A stretch of 37,098 nt of DNA from Octopus bimaculoides (GCF_001194135.2 NC_068984.1:77660940-77698037); one strand, 5' to 3'. Shown: positions 10,778-20,380, counted from the stretch's first letter. Notes: generated by a model not told the origin, from the letters alone. Made by a program: numbers and translations.

Positions 10778-10840
10778 GTTAGAACACCTACAATGCTAGA
10801 GCATTTTAGCTCTTATTTCTAGCATTGTAGGTATTCTAAC
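10778..10840 (-). other. 63-nt hairpin / inverted repeat (23-bp stem, 17-nt loop)
   Basis: GTTAGAACACCTACAATGCTAGA ... TCTAGCATTGTAGGTATTCTAAC. The single C:A mismatch on + becomes G:U on -. Structure is certain; function is unknown. Confidence 0.9.
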
Positions 10841-10869
10841 TTACATATATACATACATATATATATAGT

Positions 10870-11006
10870 TCAAATCAGAGGTGCAATCTGTGTGAGTGTT
10901 TTTTCAGAACATTGTCTGGTTTAAAAAGCCACACCAGACGCCATGAAGGGGCTAAGGTGTAGGTACAGGAGGTGGTCAAACTCTGTGTAAGGAGTAGACA
11001 ACCACC
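10870..11006 (+). mobile_element. 5'-truncated LINE 3' end, RTE-like, with terminal C2H2 finger
   Basis: + frame 10870-10962 reads SNQRCNLCECFFRTLSGLKSHTRRHEGAKV* (C-x2-C-x3-F-x5-L-x2-H-x3-H). It is followed by a short 3' UTR stem-loop GGTGGT..ACTC..GAGT..ACCACC and a simple-repeat tail, and preceded by microsatellite. RTE ORFs often end in such a CxxC..SH.R.H motif. Confidence 0.7.
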
Positions 11007-11061
11007 ATATATATGTACACACATGTACACACACACACATACACACACAGACACACGGATG

Positions 11062-11305
11062 TAAACGCATGTGCATATAAGGATACACATCATAGAAGAA
11101 CAAAATGAAATAAGTGGAACAGAGCACACATGAAGACGGAAGGTGTCATTGAAGGGGTCTCAGATGTATGACGAAAGGTTTCCGGACAATGAACATGAGT
11201 TAGAATAACAGTAATAAACGGATAAAGAACGAATATATAGTGCGTGTATTTATTTGGCCAAAAAAAACAAAAAAACAACAATATCTGTTTCAAGGCACGA
11301 TTTCA
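11062..11305 (+). mobile_element. Dispersed repeat with hammerhead-like core (copy 2, inverted relative to copy 1)
   Basis: Reverse complement of 1465-1740; ORFs 1474..1710(+) and 11090..11293(-) share LKQILL/KQILL and THYI. Confidence 0.7.
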
Positions 11306-11330
11306 ATTCATAAATCGTGCGACACAATTT

Positions 11331-11377
<47 letters not shown>

Positions 11378-11777
11378 CTATGTATATAAAATCTCACGTT
11401 AACCATCCAGAGCAGGTTACAACCAAAACAGAGCAGCCGCTAATTCTTTGATTCACAACTCACGCTGCAACGTATACTGAACATTGAAAGCTCAACAAAA
11501 GCGTCGAATTCCTGGCCATACAGAGAAACGACACTTTGCGCGCGCACGCGCGCACGCACGCACCCACACATACACATTAAACCGATTACTATTATTATTT
11601 AAGCGTTATTGAAAACAGTGAGACTGTAGAAAGAGTGAAGCACAGGATAAATTTAACTACATTGTCTAGATACACCCTCCGGGGTCGAGGAGGTATTTTA
11701 GCCCTCTGGAGTCAGTCAATAAGATAATTAGCCATTATACTTAGATCGATTCAATTGACAATACTTATACTCTACAG

Positions 11778-11898
11778 ATCTTTGTATTTGACTGGCCGTT
11801 TTCCAATCAGAGAAATCAATAATTTTGAAGATACAGACTGTCTTGTAGTGAAACAGGGAAATACTTGGCATATGGATTCTACGATGATGTTTCGATAA
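11778..11898 (+). CDS. Candidate terminal-type exon, 39 aa (unverified)
   Basis: cttatactctacAG|A then SLYLTGRFPIREINNFEDTDCLVVKQGNTWHMDSTMMFR*; unique sequence, no recognised homology. Confidence 0.15.
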
Positions 11899-11984
11899 TC
11901 GGTTAAAGCCATTTCATCTCATTAAGGCCACTAATGCCACAAGCAAATACATTAATTGTACAAGCCATCGACTGATCTGTATGG

Positions 11985-12140
11985 GAGCTTGACCTGGTAG
12001 AAATAGTAATAAAATCTCTCATATATCATACCTTATCGTCTTATATAAGGACATGAGACATTAAATAATATAATACTGTATTGTACTAAAAAGACGCTAT
12101 GATCACAGTTGAAATGTCTTTGACCACAGGTCTGCTTTTT
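11985..12140 (-). mobile_element. Repeat family D fragment
   Basis: GACCTGGTAGAAATAGTAATAAAATCTC...GATCACAGTTGAAATGTCTTTGACCACAGG is the reverse complement of the motifs at 15742-15900 and 20175-20380. Confidence 0.7.
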
Positions 12141-12684
12141 CTTGAAACCGGCTGACCATGTAGATGGTTTCCTTTCCTCGTTGTCTCGCGCATCTTTATC
12201 GTAAATGCTAAAGTGGATCAAAATTGAAAGTAGTGGTGTTGATGCCTTCCTCACGAACTTATCGATGAGTGCCAAAAAAAAAAAAAGTTAGGTCAACAAA
12301 TTTAAACGAAATTCGAAACCCAGATATTGTGAATGGGTTGTTGACGTCTTCATTTGCGTTAGTTCCAAAGCTGATCTCTCCTAACACTACCACCTCTGCC
12401 ACTACTTTCACTACATTAATCGAATTAGCAAACGTGGGACAACAGTTTGGATTAAAAAGCATATCTAATGGCTGATAACGAATAAAAAGAGCAATTCTGC
12501 GATGATGATACGATGTTACAAAATTCGTAATGCTTGAAGTAGAAACAAATCATAAAAATAAAAGTAGAGAAAATAATAAAACAAAACAAACAGAAAAAAC
12601 ATCTATCATTGTCAGGAGGATTTATTAACAGCGTCAGAGGATCGGATAAAAGGCACTGAGGTATTAATTAAGCTCATTGATCGC

Positions 12685-12687
<3 letters not shown>

Positions 12688-12743
<56 letters not shown>
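12688..12743. repeat. (AAT)n microsatellite
   Basis: Visible directly. Confidence 0.98.
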
Positions 12744-12745
<2 letters not shown>

Positions 12746-13517
12746 GATTCATAAATAAATTTTGACTCAATTCTTGATTGGTTGGTGTGAACAAAAAAAG
12801 AAATAATAAAATAAAAACATCGAACGGTATCAATAATCAAAAGGGGAGGATAGAAACATAAAATCTTGCACAAAAAAAAAAAAATTGTAAAAAATAAGAT
12901 AATACTAATAGTAATCGTTTCTTTATTTTCAACAAGGGCGATGGATGAAAGAACATGACAAAGACAAATTTCAACAACAACAACAATAACAATAATAATA
13001 ATAATAATTGCATACAAATTAAAGTGAAATGCGTAGTTTTGATTTTGAATATGGCAGCAATTCGCTCTTTAGATTTCTTACGTAGTCACATTGAAGGCTT
13101 CTGATATTTTATTGCGGACATGACAAATAAAAAAAAAAAGATAGAGAAAAAGATTGTTTGAGATCTTTTTTTATGTATTCTTCAGTGCATTAGCAACGTA
13201 AATGAAGCGAACTATCTTTCATCGATCGAGAATCGAAACTTTACTCAAGATTTCACTTATCTTATCTAAGCCTAAAAAATGCCGCGCTGTTTAGCACTAA
13301 CAATCAAGTCATTAAGTGCTTCTTGTGAAATGCACTATGCTGCAAGTGTTCAGACCATTATCCACCTCGTTCTTTCAACGTTTATGTTTATGCATTATAT
13401 ATTTATTGTCCCTCTGACTATGAAATGGCTGTTTAAGCTGGGCATTAGCCGCCCAAATTTCAACAATCTGAAGGGAAAGGGAACGTAAAAAAACCTGCCA
13501 TTGTTCCCCTAAACAAC

Positions 13518-13737
13518 TAATTCTTTTCTACTCTATGCACAAGGCCCTAAATTTGGGTGCGAGGAGATCAGTCGATTACACCGACTCCAGTACGCAACTG
13601 GTATTTAATTTATCGACGTCGAAAGGATGAAAGGCAAAGTCGACCGCGGCGGAATTTGAACTCAGAACGTAAAGACAGACGAAATACCGCCAAGCATTTC
13701 GCCCGGCGTACTAACGTTTCTGCCAGCTCACCGCCTT
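13518..13737 (-). mobile_element. SINE family A, full length
   Basis: Reverse complement of the family A consensus. Flanks TTCCCCTAAACAACTAATT (13504-13522) and TTCCCTAGCAACTTATT (13736-13752) look like a decayed TSD. Confidence 0.95.
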
Positions 13738-14221
13738 CCCTAGCAACTTATTAAACAATCTAGTGTAATAACAAATCAAACATGTGTCTTTTAATTTATT
13801 ACTTTGCTTCAAAGAGAGTTAGACAGCAGAAGAGCGCGATCTTATGGACTAAATGCTTTGCAATGTTTAATTATTTATTTATATTTTCTGAGCTCCACAA
13901 AGATGTGAGTTTGGTAGAATCGTCAGAGCGTCTGACAAAATCCCTTGTAGCCGTTCGTCCAACTCTTCTTATTTTACGCTCAAATCCCATGGAGATCAAA
14001 TTTATCCTTAATTCTTTTTGGTGACGATAAATAAAGTATCGGTCATGTTATAGGAGTGAAGAATAAAAAGAATGAGGCAGGATTCTTACCTAATTCTTTT
14101 TATTCAGAAACTGCTGCTTTGCCCAAACGGTGGAGCTCAAACGATAGATAAAGGGACCACACATATTCGAGTACATTGCCCTCACATCAATAAGATCTAA
14201 ATGGTAATAAAGCAGATACTT

Positions 14222-14670
14222 TTGGTTCAAATCCTGATGAGATCAATTTATATTTCATCTTTCCCAAGTCAATAAAATATGTACTAATCAAAACGTTGTG
14301 AATCGATACAACTGACTGTATTTTGCTTACCATATTTTGCTTACCATATTTTGTGGTCTTGGGCAAGAAATTATTGTCATTTAGATTTCAAATTTTAGGG
14401 CAAAATGTGGCAGTAACGGCAATCTAATGTCCATTTTTGTGCAGAGTTGAAACACCAGTAAAATAGTACATTCGATTTACGTGATCGTACCCGACACTTA
14501 AGTGTGCTTCTTTGTAGAAATAAATAATATTTGGTTTAAGGTTCAAGTTTCAAATCCCATTGTCATGGGGACGGATTTTGATTTTCATTCCTCCCAGGTT
14601 GAGAAAATAAATACCAGTTAAATACAAAGGATCGTTATATATAATCGACTGGGCATTTTCTCGAATTTGT
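14222..14670 (+). mobile_element. Two heavily decayed SINE A fragments (~14222-14320 and ~14535-14670)
   Basis: GGTTCAAATCC..TTTCATCTTTCC..GTCAATAAAAT; TTTCAAATCCC..TTTTCATTCCTC..AAATAAATACCAGTT..AATCGACT. Confidence 0.6.
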
Positions 14671-14771
14671 CGTAGAGTTACTAGGATGACGACAAGAATC
14701 CCTTCAAGTGCATGTTCAAATCTCGCTGAGAACAATTGTTGCCTTTTATTAACTCTATGCTGGGTCGATTC

Positions 14772-14965
14772 TTTTCTCTCTCTCTCTTCTCTCTCTCCTC
14801 TCTCTTCTCTCTCTCCTCTCTCTTCTCTCTCTCCTCTCTCTTCTCTCTCTCCTCTCTCTTCTCTCTCTCTCTCTTCTCTCTCTCCTCTCTCTTCTCTCTT
14901 TCCTCTCTCTTTCTCTCTCCTTTTCTGTCACACTCACTCACTCTCTCTTTCTCTCCCTCTCTCTT
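14772..14965. repeat. Pure-pyrimidine (CT)-derived minisatellite with an 18-bp period
   Basis: About six units of CTCTCTCTTCTCTCTCTC; produces the ERRERR and SLFSLS ORFs. Confidence 0.95.
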
Positions 14966-15007
14966 TCTCCCGCAGAATTCGTCTATTGCTACCAAAATGA
15001 TGTCTAT

Positions 15008-15455
15008 ATCTTTTATCTTTTATTTGTTTCAGTCATTAGACTGCGGCCATGCTGGGGCTTCGCCTTAACGGATTTTAATCGAGCTAATCGACTACAGTAC
15101 TTATTCTATCGGTGTCTTTTACCGAACCGCTAGTTTACGGAGTCGTATATATGTGTGTATGTATGTATGTATGTACAATAACAGCTACTCATCCATCCAT
15201 CTATCCATCCATCCATCCATCCATCCATCCATCCATCTATCCAGCCAGCCAGCCAGCCAGCTGGCCATACGTACGTACATACGTATGTATGTATGTATGT
15301 GTGTATGTATGTATGCATGTATGTATGTATCAGTGTACCAAATCCACTCACAAGGTTTTGGTCGATCCGAGGCTACAGTAGAAGACACATGCCCGATATG
15401 CCATGCAGTGGGACTGAACCCGCTACCATGTGATTGGGAAACAAACTTCTTACAC
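15008..15455 (-). mobile_element. SINE family B, near full length with internal microsatellite expansion
   Basis: Tail (TTTCAGTCATTAGACTGCGGCCATGCTGG) at 15025-15060; head (CCAAATCCACTCACAAGG..AGAAGACAC..GCAGTGGGACTGAACCC) at 15335-15455; internal (TATG)n/(ATCC)n/(GCCA)n at ~15150-15330. Confidence 0.93.
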
Positions 15456-15741
15456 CTTGTGAAATGAAAAAAAAGACAAAAAAAAAACAAACACTTGAAA
15501 GAAATCAATTGGTATCCACCTATGTATTACACTAAGAAAACTCAATGACAAAGGCACGTAGTGTTTGATATGGAAGTCACCAGGGGGCGCTCGTCGAACT
15601 GGTGGTGGATCGTCTTTTGTTAGTAATTTAATTTCATTAATATAATTATTTCTATTTCTTTTGCTTTCACTTCAATCATTTCGGTTGTTATTGTTATTTA
15701 TCAGCCCCCCCCCCCCGCCACCATGCACTCTGAATGAATAG

Positions 15742-15900
15742 CCACCTATGATCAAAGGTGTTCCAGCTACGACTGTCGCTTCTTACGTTCGGACATTGTA
15801 TTTTGGCCTACATTAATTAACGCGTATCCCTTTTAACATACATACGTACCTATATCTATTACACGGTAGGGTATGATTTACAGGAAATTCGAATTGCTGA
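15742..15900 (+). mobile_element. Repeat family D fragment
   Basis: CTATGATCAAAGGTGTTCCAGCT...GGTAGGGTATGATTT; reverse complement of parts of 11985-12140. Confidence 0.65.
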
Positions 15901-16623
15901 CCACTCGGTCGGCTGCCTGGTTATTATTATACGACCTTCCTCATTGACTCGCAGAATTATTCAGGTTNNNNNNNNNNNNNNNNNNNNNNNNNNNNNNNNN
16001 NNNNNNNNNNNNNNNNNNNNNNNNNNNNNNNNNNNNNNNNNNNNNNNNNNNNNNNNNNNNNNNNNNNNNNNNNNNNNNNNNNNNNNNNNNNNNNNNNNNN
16101 NNNNNNNNNNNNNNNNNNNNNNNNNNNNNNNNNNNNNNNNNNNNNNNNNNNNNNNNNNNNNNNNNNNNNNNNNNNNNNNNNNNNNNNNNNNNNNNNNNNN
16201 NNNNNNNNNNNNNNNNNNNNNNNNNNNNNNNNNNNNNNNNNNNNNNNNNNNNNNNNNNNNNNNNNNNNNNNNNNNNNNNNNNNNNNNNNNNNNNNNNNNN
16301 NNNNNNNNNNNNNNNNNNNNNNNNNNNNNNNNNNNNNNNNNNNNNNNNNNNNNNNNNNNNNNNNNNNNNNNNNNNNNNNNNNNNNNNNNNNNNNNNNNNN
16401 NNNNNNNNNNNNNNNNNNNNNNNNNNNNNNNNNNNATATATACATCTAGTCTAACGACTCCACCATGTTTGTTTTCGTTCGGTTTCCTTGTATGTCTCCA
16501 GTGTCATGTTTTTATTTCCAACTTTGACCCTCCATAAATCTTAAAGTGTTTATGTGACATTTGGCTACCCTGGTAACTATTTCTCCGGGTCTTTCCTTGA
16601 AAATTACACACACACACACGCAC

Positions 16624-16697
<74 letters not shown>

Positions 16698-16706
16698 TGT
16701 ACATAT

Positions 16707-16752
16707 AGGGTGGCGACGAGTTGACCCGAATGTTAGAGCGCCGGGCAAAATT
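16707..16752 (+). mobile_element. SINE family A head fragment
   Basis: GGCGACGAGTTGACCCGAATGTTAGAGCGCCGGGCAAAAT. Confidence 0.6.
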
Positions 16753-16936
16753 TGTTATTGTTTTGTATGTAGTTTCATATTCATTTCTGGTTTACTTCAT
16801 TTACTTTTTTTTTTACTTTGTCATAAATTTCATTGCATTTCAAAAGCTATTTGAATACCCTGACGTGTACGGTGTTAGACCTTTTACTGGCTTACATTCC
16901 ATCCAAATTGATGTGGTTCACGTTTCGGTTTTTAGT

Positions 16937-17345
16937 ACTGTTATAACGCACGTTCGGATGACCTCTACACAACTACCCCGACGTCTAGACTTCTTCCTGA
17001 ATATCTACGTATTGGGCTAGCCTACTACATCGTCTGAGGACGTCGACACAACAATACTGAAACATGTCCGGTATTGCCGCCTGTTTTTGTCGAAAATGGT
17101 CAACACAATATTAATCAAATATCTAATATAGTTTTTCCTTACCGCATGTCTGTTTCATGTTTGNNNNNNNNNNNNNNNNNNNNNNNNNNNNNNNNNNNNN
17201 NNNNNNNNNNNNNNNNNNNNNNNNNNNNNNNNNNNNNNNNNNTCTCTCTCTCTCTCTCTCTCTCTTTCTGAAATATATATACATACATATATATGCCAGG
17301 TCGCTCTAGGGCTACTCGGACGAATCGACCATGTAACCTAGTACA
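16937..17345 (+). repeat. Direct repeat copy 1 (~98% identical to 18475-18843), spans an N-gap
   Basis: I count 6 substitutions in the aligned non-gap sequence; contains CTGAGGA...GAAACATGTC at 17034-17068. Confidence 0.95.
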
Positions 17346-17396
17346 GCTACTCTCTTTCTCCTCTGCAGCACTTGCTTGCTTTGTTTTCTCTTTCAG

Positions 17397-17512
17397 AGCA
17401 AGAAACTTCCTCCCTCCTCGATTCACTACGAACCATTTACTAAAATGTTCAAGTAAAACCTACGAAGAAGTATTGCTTCTACGCATACATACACCAACGG
17501 AAAATCACTCGA
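17397..17512 (+). CDS. Candidate internal exon, 116 nt (unverified)
   Basis: Long pyrimidine tract cttgctttgttttctctttcAG|, open frame ARNFLPPRFTTNHLLKCSSKTYEEVLLLRIHTPTENHS, donor CGA|GTAATT; phase-compatible with 18339-18403. Confidence 0.18.
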
Positions 17513-17524
17513 GTAATTAGCATG

Positions 17525-17990
17525 AAGTCTCTCACCAACACATCGCAGACCCTGATCTACAGTGTACCTATTTTTTCATTCAGTCCCTTCTACCTCTACC
17601 ATAGTTGCCATCTCTCCTTAAAGATGGCAACTTTACTCCAGGCACTCATTTCTCCTTCTCTCTTCCCCTATATTGTACCCATGTCTTGTCTCCCGCTCGA
17701 ATTACTTCTTTCATTTGACTTTGCCTTTCATCCTTTCAGGGTCGATAAAATAAGCATCAGTTGGGCACCGAGGTCGTTATAATCGACTAGTGCTCTGCCA
17801 CCAAAACTGCTGGCCTTGCGCCAAAATTTCGAGTCAATTACTACTCCCAGTCCTTTTCCCTCAAGGACCCCGGTTCTCTGGAATTCATTCCTTGTTCATG
17901 TATTTCCTGCGGTTGTTATCATGTATATCCTTAAGATAAGTATGACCCGTATCGGTCTCCCAGCTCTTGGATGGTCTTTGAACCAAGACA
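17525..17990 (+). pseudogene. Decayed LINE 3' end, L2/CR1/Jockey group (RT C-terminus), split by a SINE
   Basis: LTNTSQTLIY..FSFSPFYLYHSC..KMATLL..FPYIV, then after removing the SINE SRSNYYSQSF/FPSRTPVLWNSF.VHVFP. This matches the typical L..L..RR.VSSLSLFYRY...HPY.V...S.SFFPRT..LWNSLP..VFP motif. Confidence 0.75.
17710..17835 (+). mobile_element. 5'-truncated SINE A inserted in the LINE remnant
   Basis: GACTTTGCCTTTCATCCTTTCAGGGTCGATAAAATAAG...; TSD-like AATTACTTCT (17700-17709) / AATTACTACT (17836-17845). Confidence 0.88.
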
Positions 17991-18193
17991 ATAAAAATAA
18001 TTATAATATATTACGGTAGTTATCAACAGATTCCAGAATTCTGAGATTTCCTTCTTCCCAAACTATGCGTCCAGATGCACATGCACACGCACGCACATTT
18101 ACAAACACACACACACGCGCGCGCGCGCACGCNNNNNNNNNNNNNNNNNNNNNNNNNNNNNNNNNNNNNNNNNNNNNNNNNNNNNNNNNNNNN

Positions 18194-18253
<60 letters not shown>

Positions 18254-18338
18254 ACAAACACACACTCACCAATATTTACCGAAACACACACACATACACA
18301 CATTATGTCTATGTTTACTCTAACGGAAATCACTATAG

Positions 18339-18403
18339 AAGTGAAGTTGTTTGATTCTGTCATCTCGACTCTGGAAAATACAGTGAAGAATATACCTAAC
18401 CAA
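18339..18403 (+). CDS. Candidate internal exon, 65 nt (unverified)
   Basis: CTCTAAC branch-like site (18318-18324), cactatAG| acceptor, CAA|GTAAGT donor; only one open frame, xVKLFDSVISTLENTVKNIPNQ. Weak pyrimidine tract. Confidence 0.25.
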
Positions 18404-18474
18404 GTAAGTGTGTTGATACTTGTTACATCGCAATACTACACAGTGGTTGTGTGAGCTACGAAATCCTCGTCGCC

Positions 18475-18715
18475 ACTGTTATAACGCACGTTCGGATGAC
18501 CTCTACACAACTACCCCGACGTCTAGACTTCTTCCTCAATATCTACGTATTGGGCTAGCCTACTACATCGTCTGAGGACGTCGACACAACAATACTGAAA
18601 CATGTCCGGTATTGCCGCCTGTTTTTGTCGAAAATGGTCAACGTAATATTAATCAAATGTCTAATATAGTTTTTCCTTACCGCATGTCTGTTTCGTGTTT
18701 GAGGCTTCCTCTCCA

Positions 18716-18767
<52 letters not shown>

Positions 18768-18843
18768 GAAATATATATACATACATATATATGCCAGGTC
18801 GCTCTAGGGCTACTCGGACGACTCGACCATGTAACCTAGTACA
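18475..18843 (+). repeat. Direct repeat copy 2
   Basis: See copy 1; hammerhead-like core at 18572-18606. Confidence 0.95.
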
Positions 18844-18866
18844 ACCTGTTACATGGTTGGGTCGTC
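18817..18866 (+). other. 50-nt hairpin (19-bp fully paired stem with 2 G:U pairs, 12-nt loop)
   Basis: GACGACTCGACCATGTAAC-CTAGTACAACCT-GTTACATGGTTGGGTCGTC. Confidence 0.9.
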
Positions 18867-19137
18867 GACGACTAAACCGGCAATCCCACCATGCTTGCTT
18901 GATGAGGAGGGTGATATCTGGACAACCTGGAGAGATGAAAAACAAGAGCCGGCAACGGGCTGAGGCACTCAGGAGAGTTAACGAGCGTCCAAAATAGACA
19001 AGGGTTATACGATTCTCACCAGTCGTAGTGAAAACATTCCATCTAGGAGAAGGTAATCTCTGAAATAAAGACCCTTCAGCGAGAACTTTCAACCAGCTGA
19101 TGCTATTTTGCATAGAAAAAATTATGACGACTGATTA

Positions 19138-19170
<33 letters not shown>

Positions 19171-19467
19171 GAGAGAGAGAGAGAGAGAGAGTGTGTGTGC
19201 TGTTTCGTGATGGCAAGATCAACAAAAAATATTGTTTAATAAACACAGTATATGTGTGTATGTATGTATGTGTGTATGTATGTATGTATGTATGTATGTA
19301 TATATGCATGCATGCATGTATGTATGTATGCATGTAAGTATGTATGTATGTATGTATGTATATATGCAGAATTTCAAATGGATGATACATCTATTTTGGC
19401 GCGCTGAGTAGTGTTTTTTTTTCTCGATCAAATGATCTACCTATTCATTGAATAAGGAATTATAGTT

Positions 19468-19710
19468 ATAAGTGGTTGAGTATTCCACGGACATTTGTAC
19501 CCTTGACTTAATCTCCAGGCACCGTGACCATGAGTGTGACATGGTTGGATCCCTTTACAGATTCAGTTTATCTGACAAATTTCCATACAGTTTCTGACAA
19601 TCAAATTTAACTGAACAGAACGTGGCTCAACCCAAACTAATAACAAAAGGCATGGACCATACTGCCGGGTTGTAGGACTGCACCCGATTCTTCATGATTA
19701 CAAAGCGAAT
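19468..19710 (-). mobile_element. Adjacent decayed fragments: SINE C (19468-19560) and SINE B head (19575-19710)
   Basis: AAGTGGTTGAGTATTCCACGGACATTTGTACCCTTGAC is the reverse complement of 26785-26825; GGACTGCACCCGATTCTTCATGATT matches the family B head. Confidence 0.65.
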
Positions 19711-19754
19711 AATATCATTTATTATATTTGTAAAGCTTCATTATATACGTGATT

Positions 19755-19934
19755 AAGGCGGCGAGCTGACAGAATCGTAAGCACGCCAAGCAATTTCGTC
19801 TGTTTTTATGTTCTGAGTTCAAATTCCGCCGAGGTCAACTTTGCTTTTCATCCTTTCGGGGTCGATAAATTATCTACCAGTTGAACACTGAGGTCGATTT
19901 CATCGACTTACCGCTTCCCCGAAATTTGAAATCG
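19755..19934 (+). mobile_element. SINE family A with perfect 14-bp TSD
   Basis: TTATATACGTGATT at 19741-19754 and 19935-19948; A-box and B-box GAGTTCAAATTCC present; internal deletions. Confidence 0.96.
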
Positions 19935-20174
19935 TTATATACGTGATTCTTTCACCTGATGTATTTTAGTATCTCTTTATATTTAATGTTCATTATCATC
20001 AAATAGGATGATGAAAGGTATTCTATCTCCCGAAATATTGTATCTAAACAACATTATACTATGCATGTCCTAAGCATGTGGATTTGAATGCTATTTCTTG
20101 CATTTCAAATGACTATAAAATGTTTCTTCCTTGGTTCTTCATGTCTTCTTTTAAGCTATGATGTATCTCTCTCT

Positions 20175-20380
20175 CTCTCTATAATCCAATATCTTCTTGT
20201 ATTTAAGATGAAGCGGTGATATAGAAAGGAGATTTTGGTCGCTATTTCTAAGAGATATAACAACTACATAATCTCCTTTGATGTTATATTGCCTTGTAAT
20301 TTATAACAGAAAGGTGTGATTAGAAAAAAAAATTAGTTACTATTTCTAGCAGATAGAATGACCTTGTAGAGTCTTCCATG
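20175..20380 (+). mobile_element. Repeat family D fragments (two tandem 3' pieces)
   Basis: GGAGATTTTGGTCGCTATTTCTAAG and GTTACTATTTCTAGCAGATAGAATGACC. Confidence 0.6.

Noticed and set aside
10882-10944. C2H2 zinc-finger gene
   Set aside because: Single finger with no TGEKP linker, an immediate stop and a retroposon-like tail; better explained as a LINE 3' end.
11779-11811. SLYLTGRFPIR resembles the sulfatase LTGRYP motif
   Set aside because: It lacks the upstream CxPSR signature and the frame stops after 39 codons.
12259-12545. Antiparallel ORF pair (MPKKKKV.. with an NLS-like start; minus frame ITNFVTSYHHRR..CCPTF..)
   Set aside because: The KKKK comes from an A13 run and the start is non-ATG. 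No recognisable domain or convincing donor. It remains a possible exon but is unsupported.
14108-14200. Strong + strand acceptor (cctaattcttttttattcAG) overlapping a minus-strand donor AG|GTAAGA
   Set aside because: Following frames stop within 30 codons, donors are weak, and such motifs are common in AT-rich DNA.
14234-14240. CTGATGA hammerhead or C/D-box-like motif
   Set aside because: It falls within a decayed SINE A B-box region and has no stem II/GAAA partner.
17603-17632. Perfect 11-bp hairpin AGTTGCCATCT/AGATGGCAACT
   Set aside because: Real, but short and inside a decayed LINE ORF; no evidence of function.
16939-18843. TG...CA termini suggesting LTR retrotransposon LTRs
   Set aside because: Homology extends 2 bp beyond the TG; no TSD, PBS or PPT; the interior is old LINE/SINE debris.
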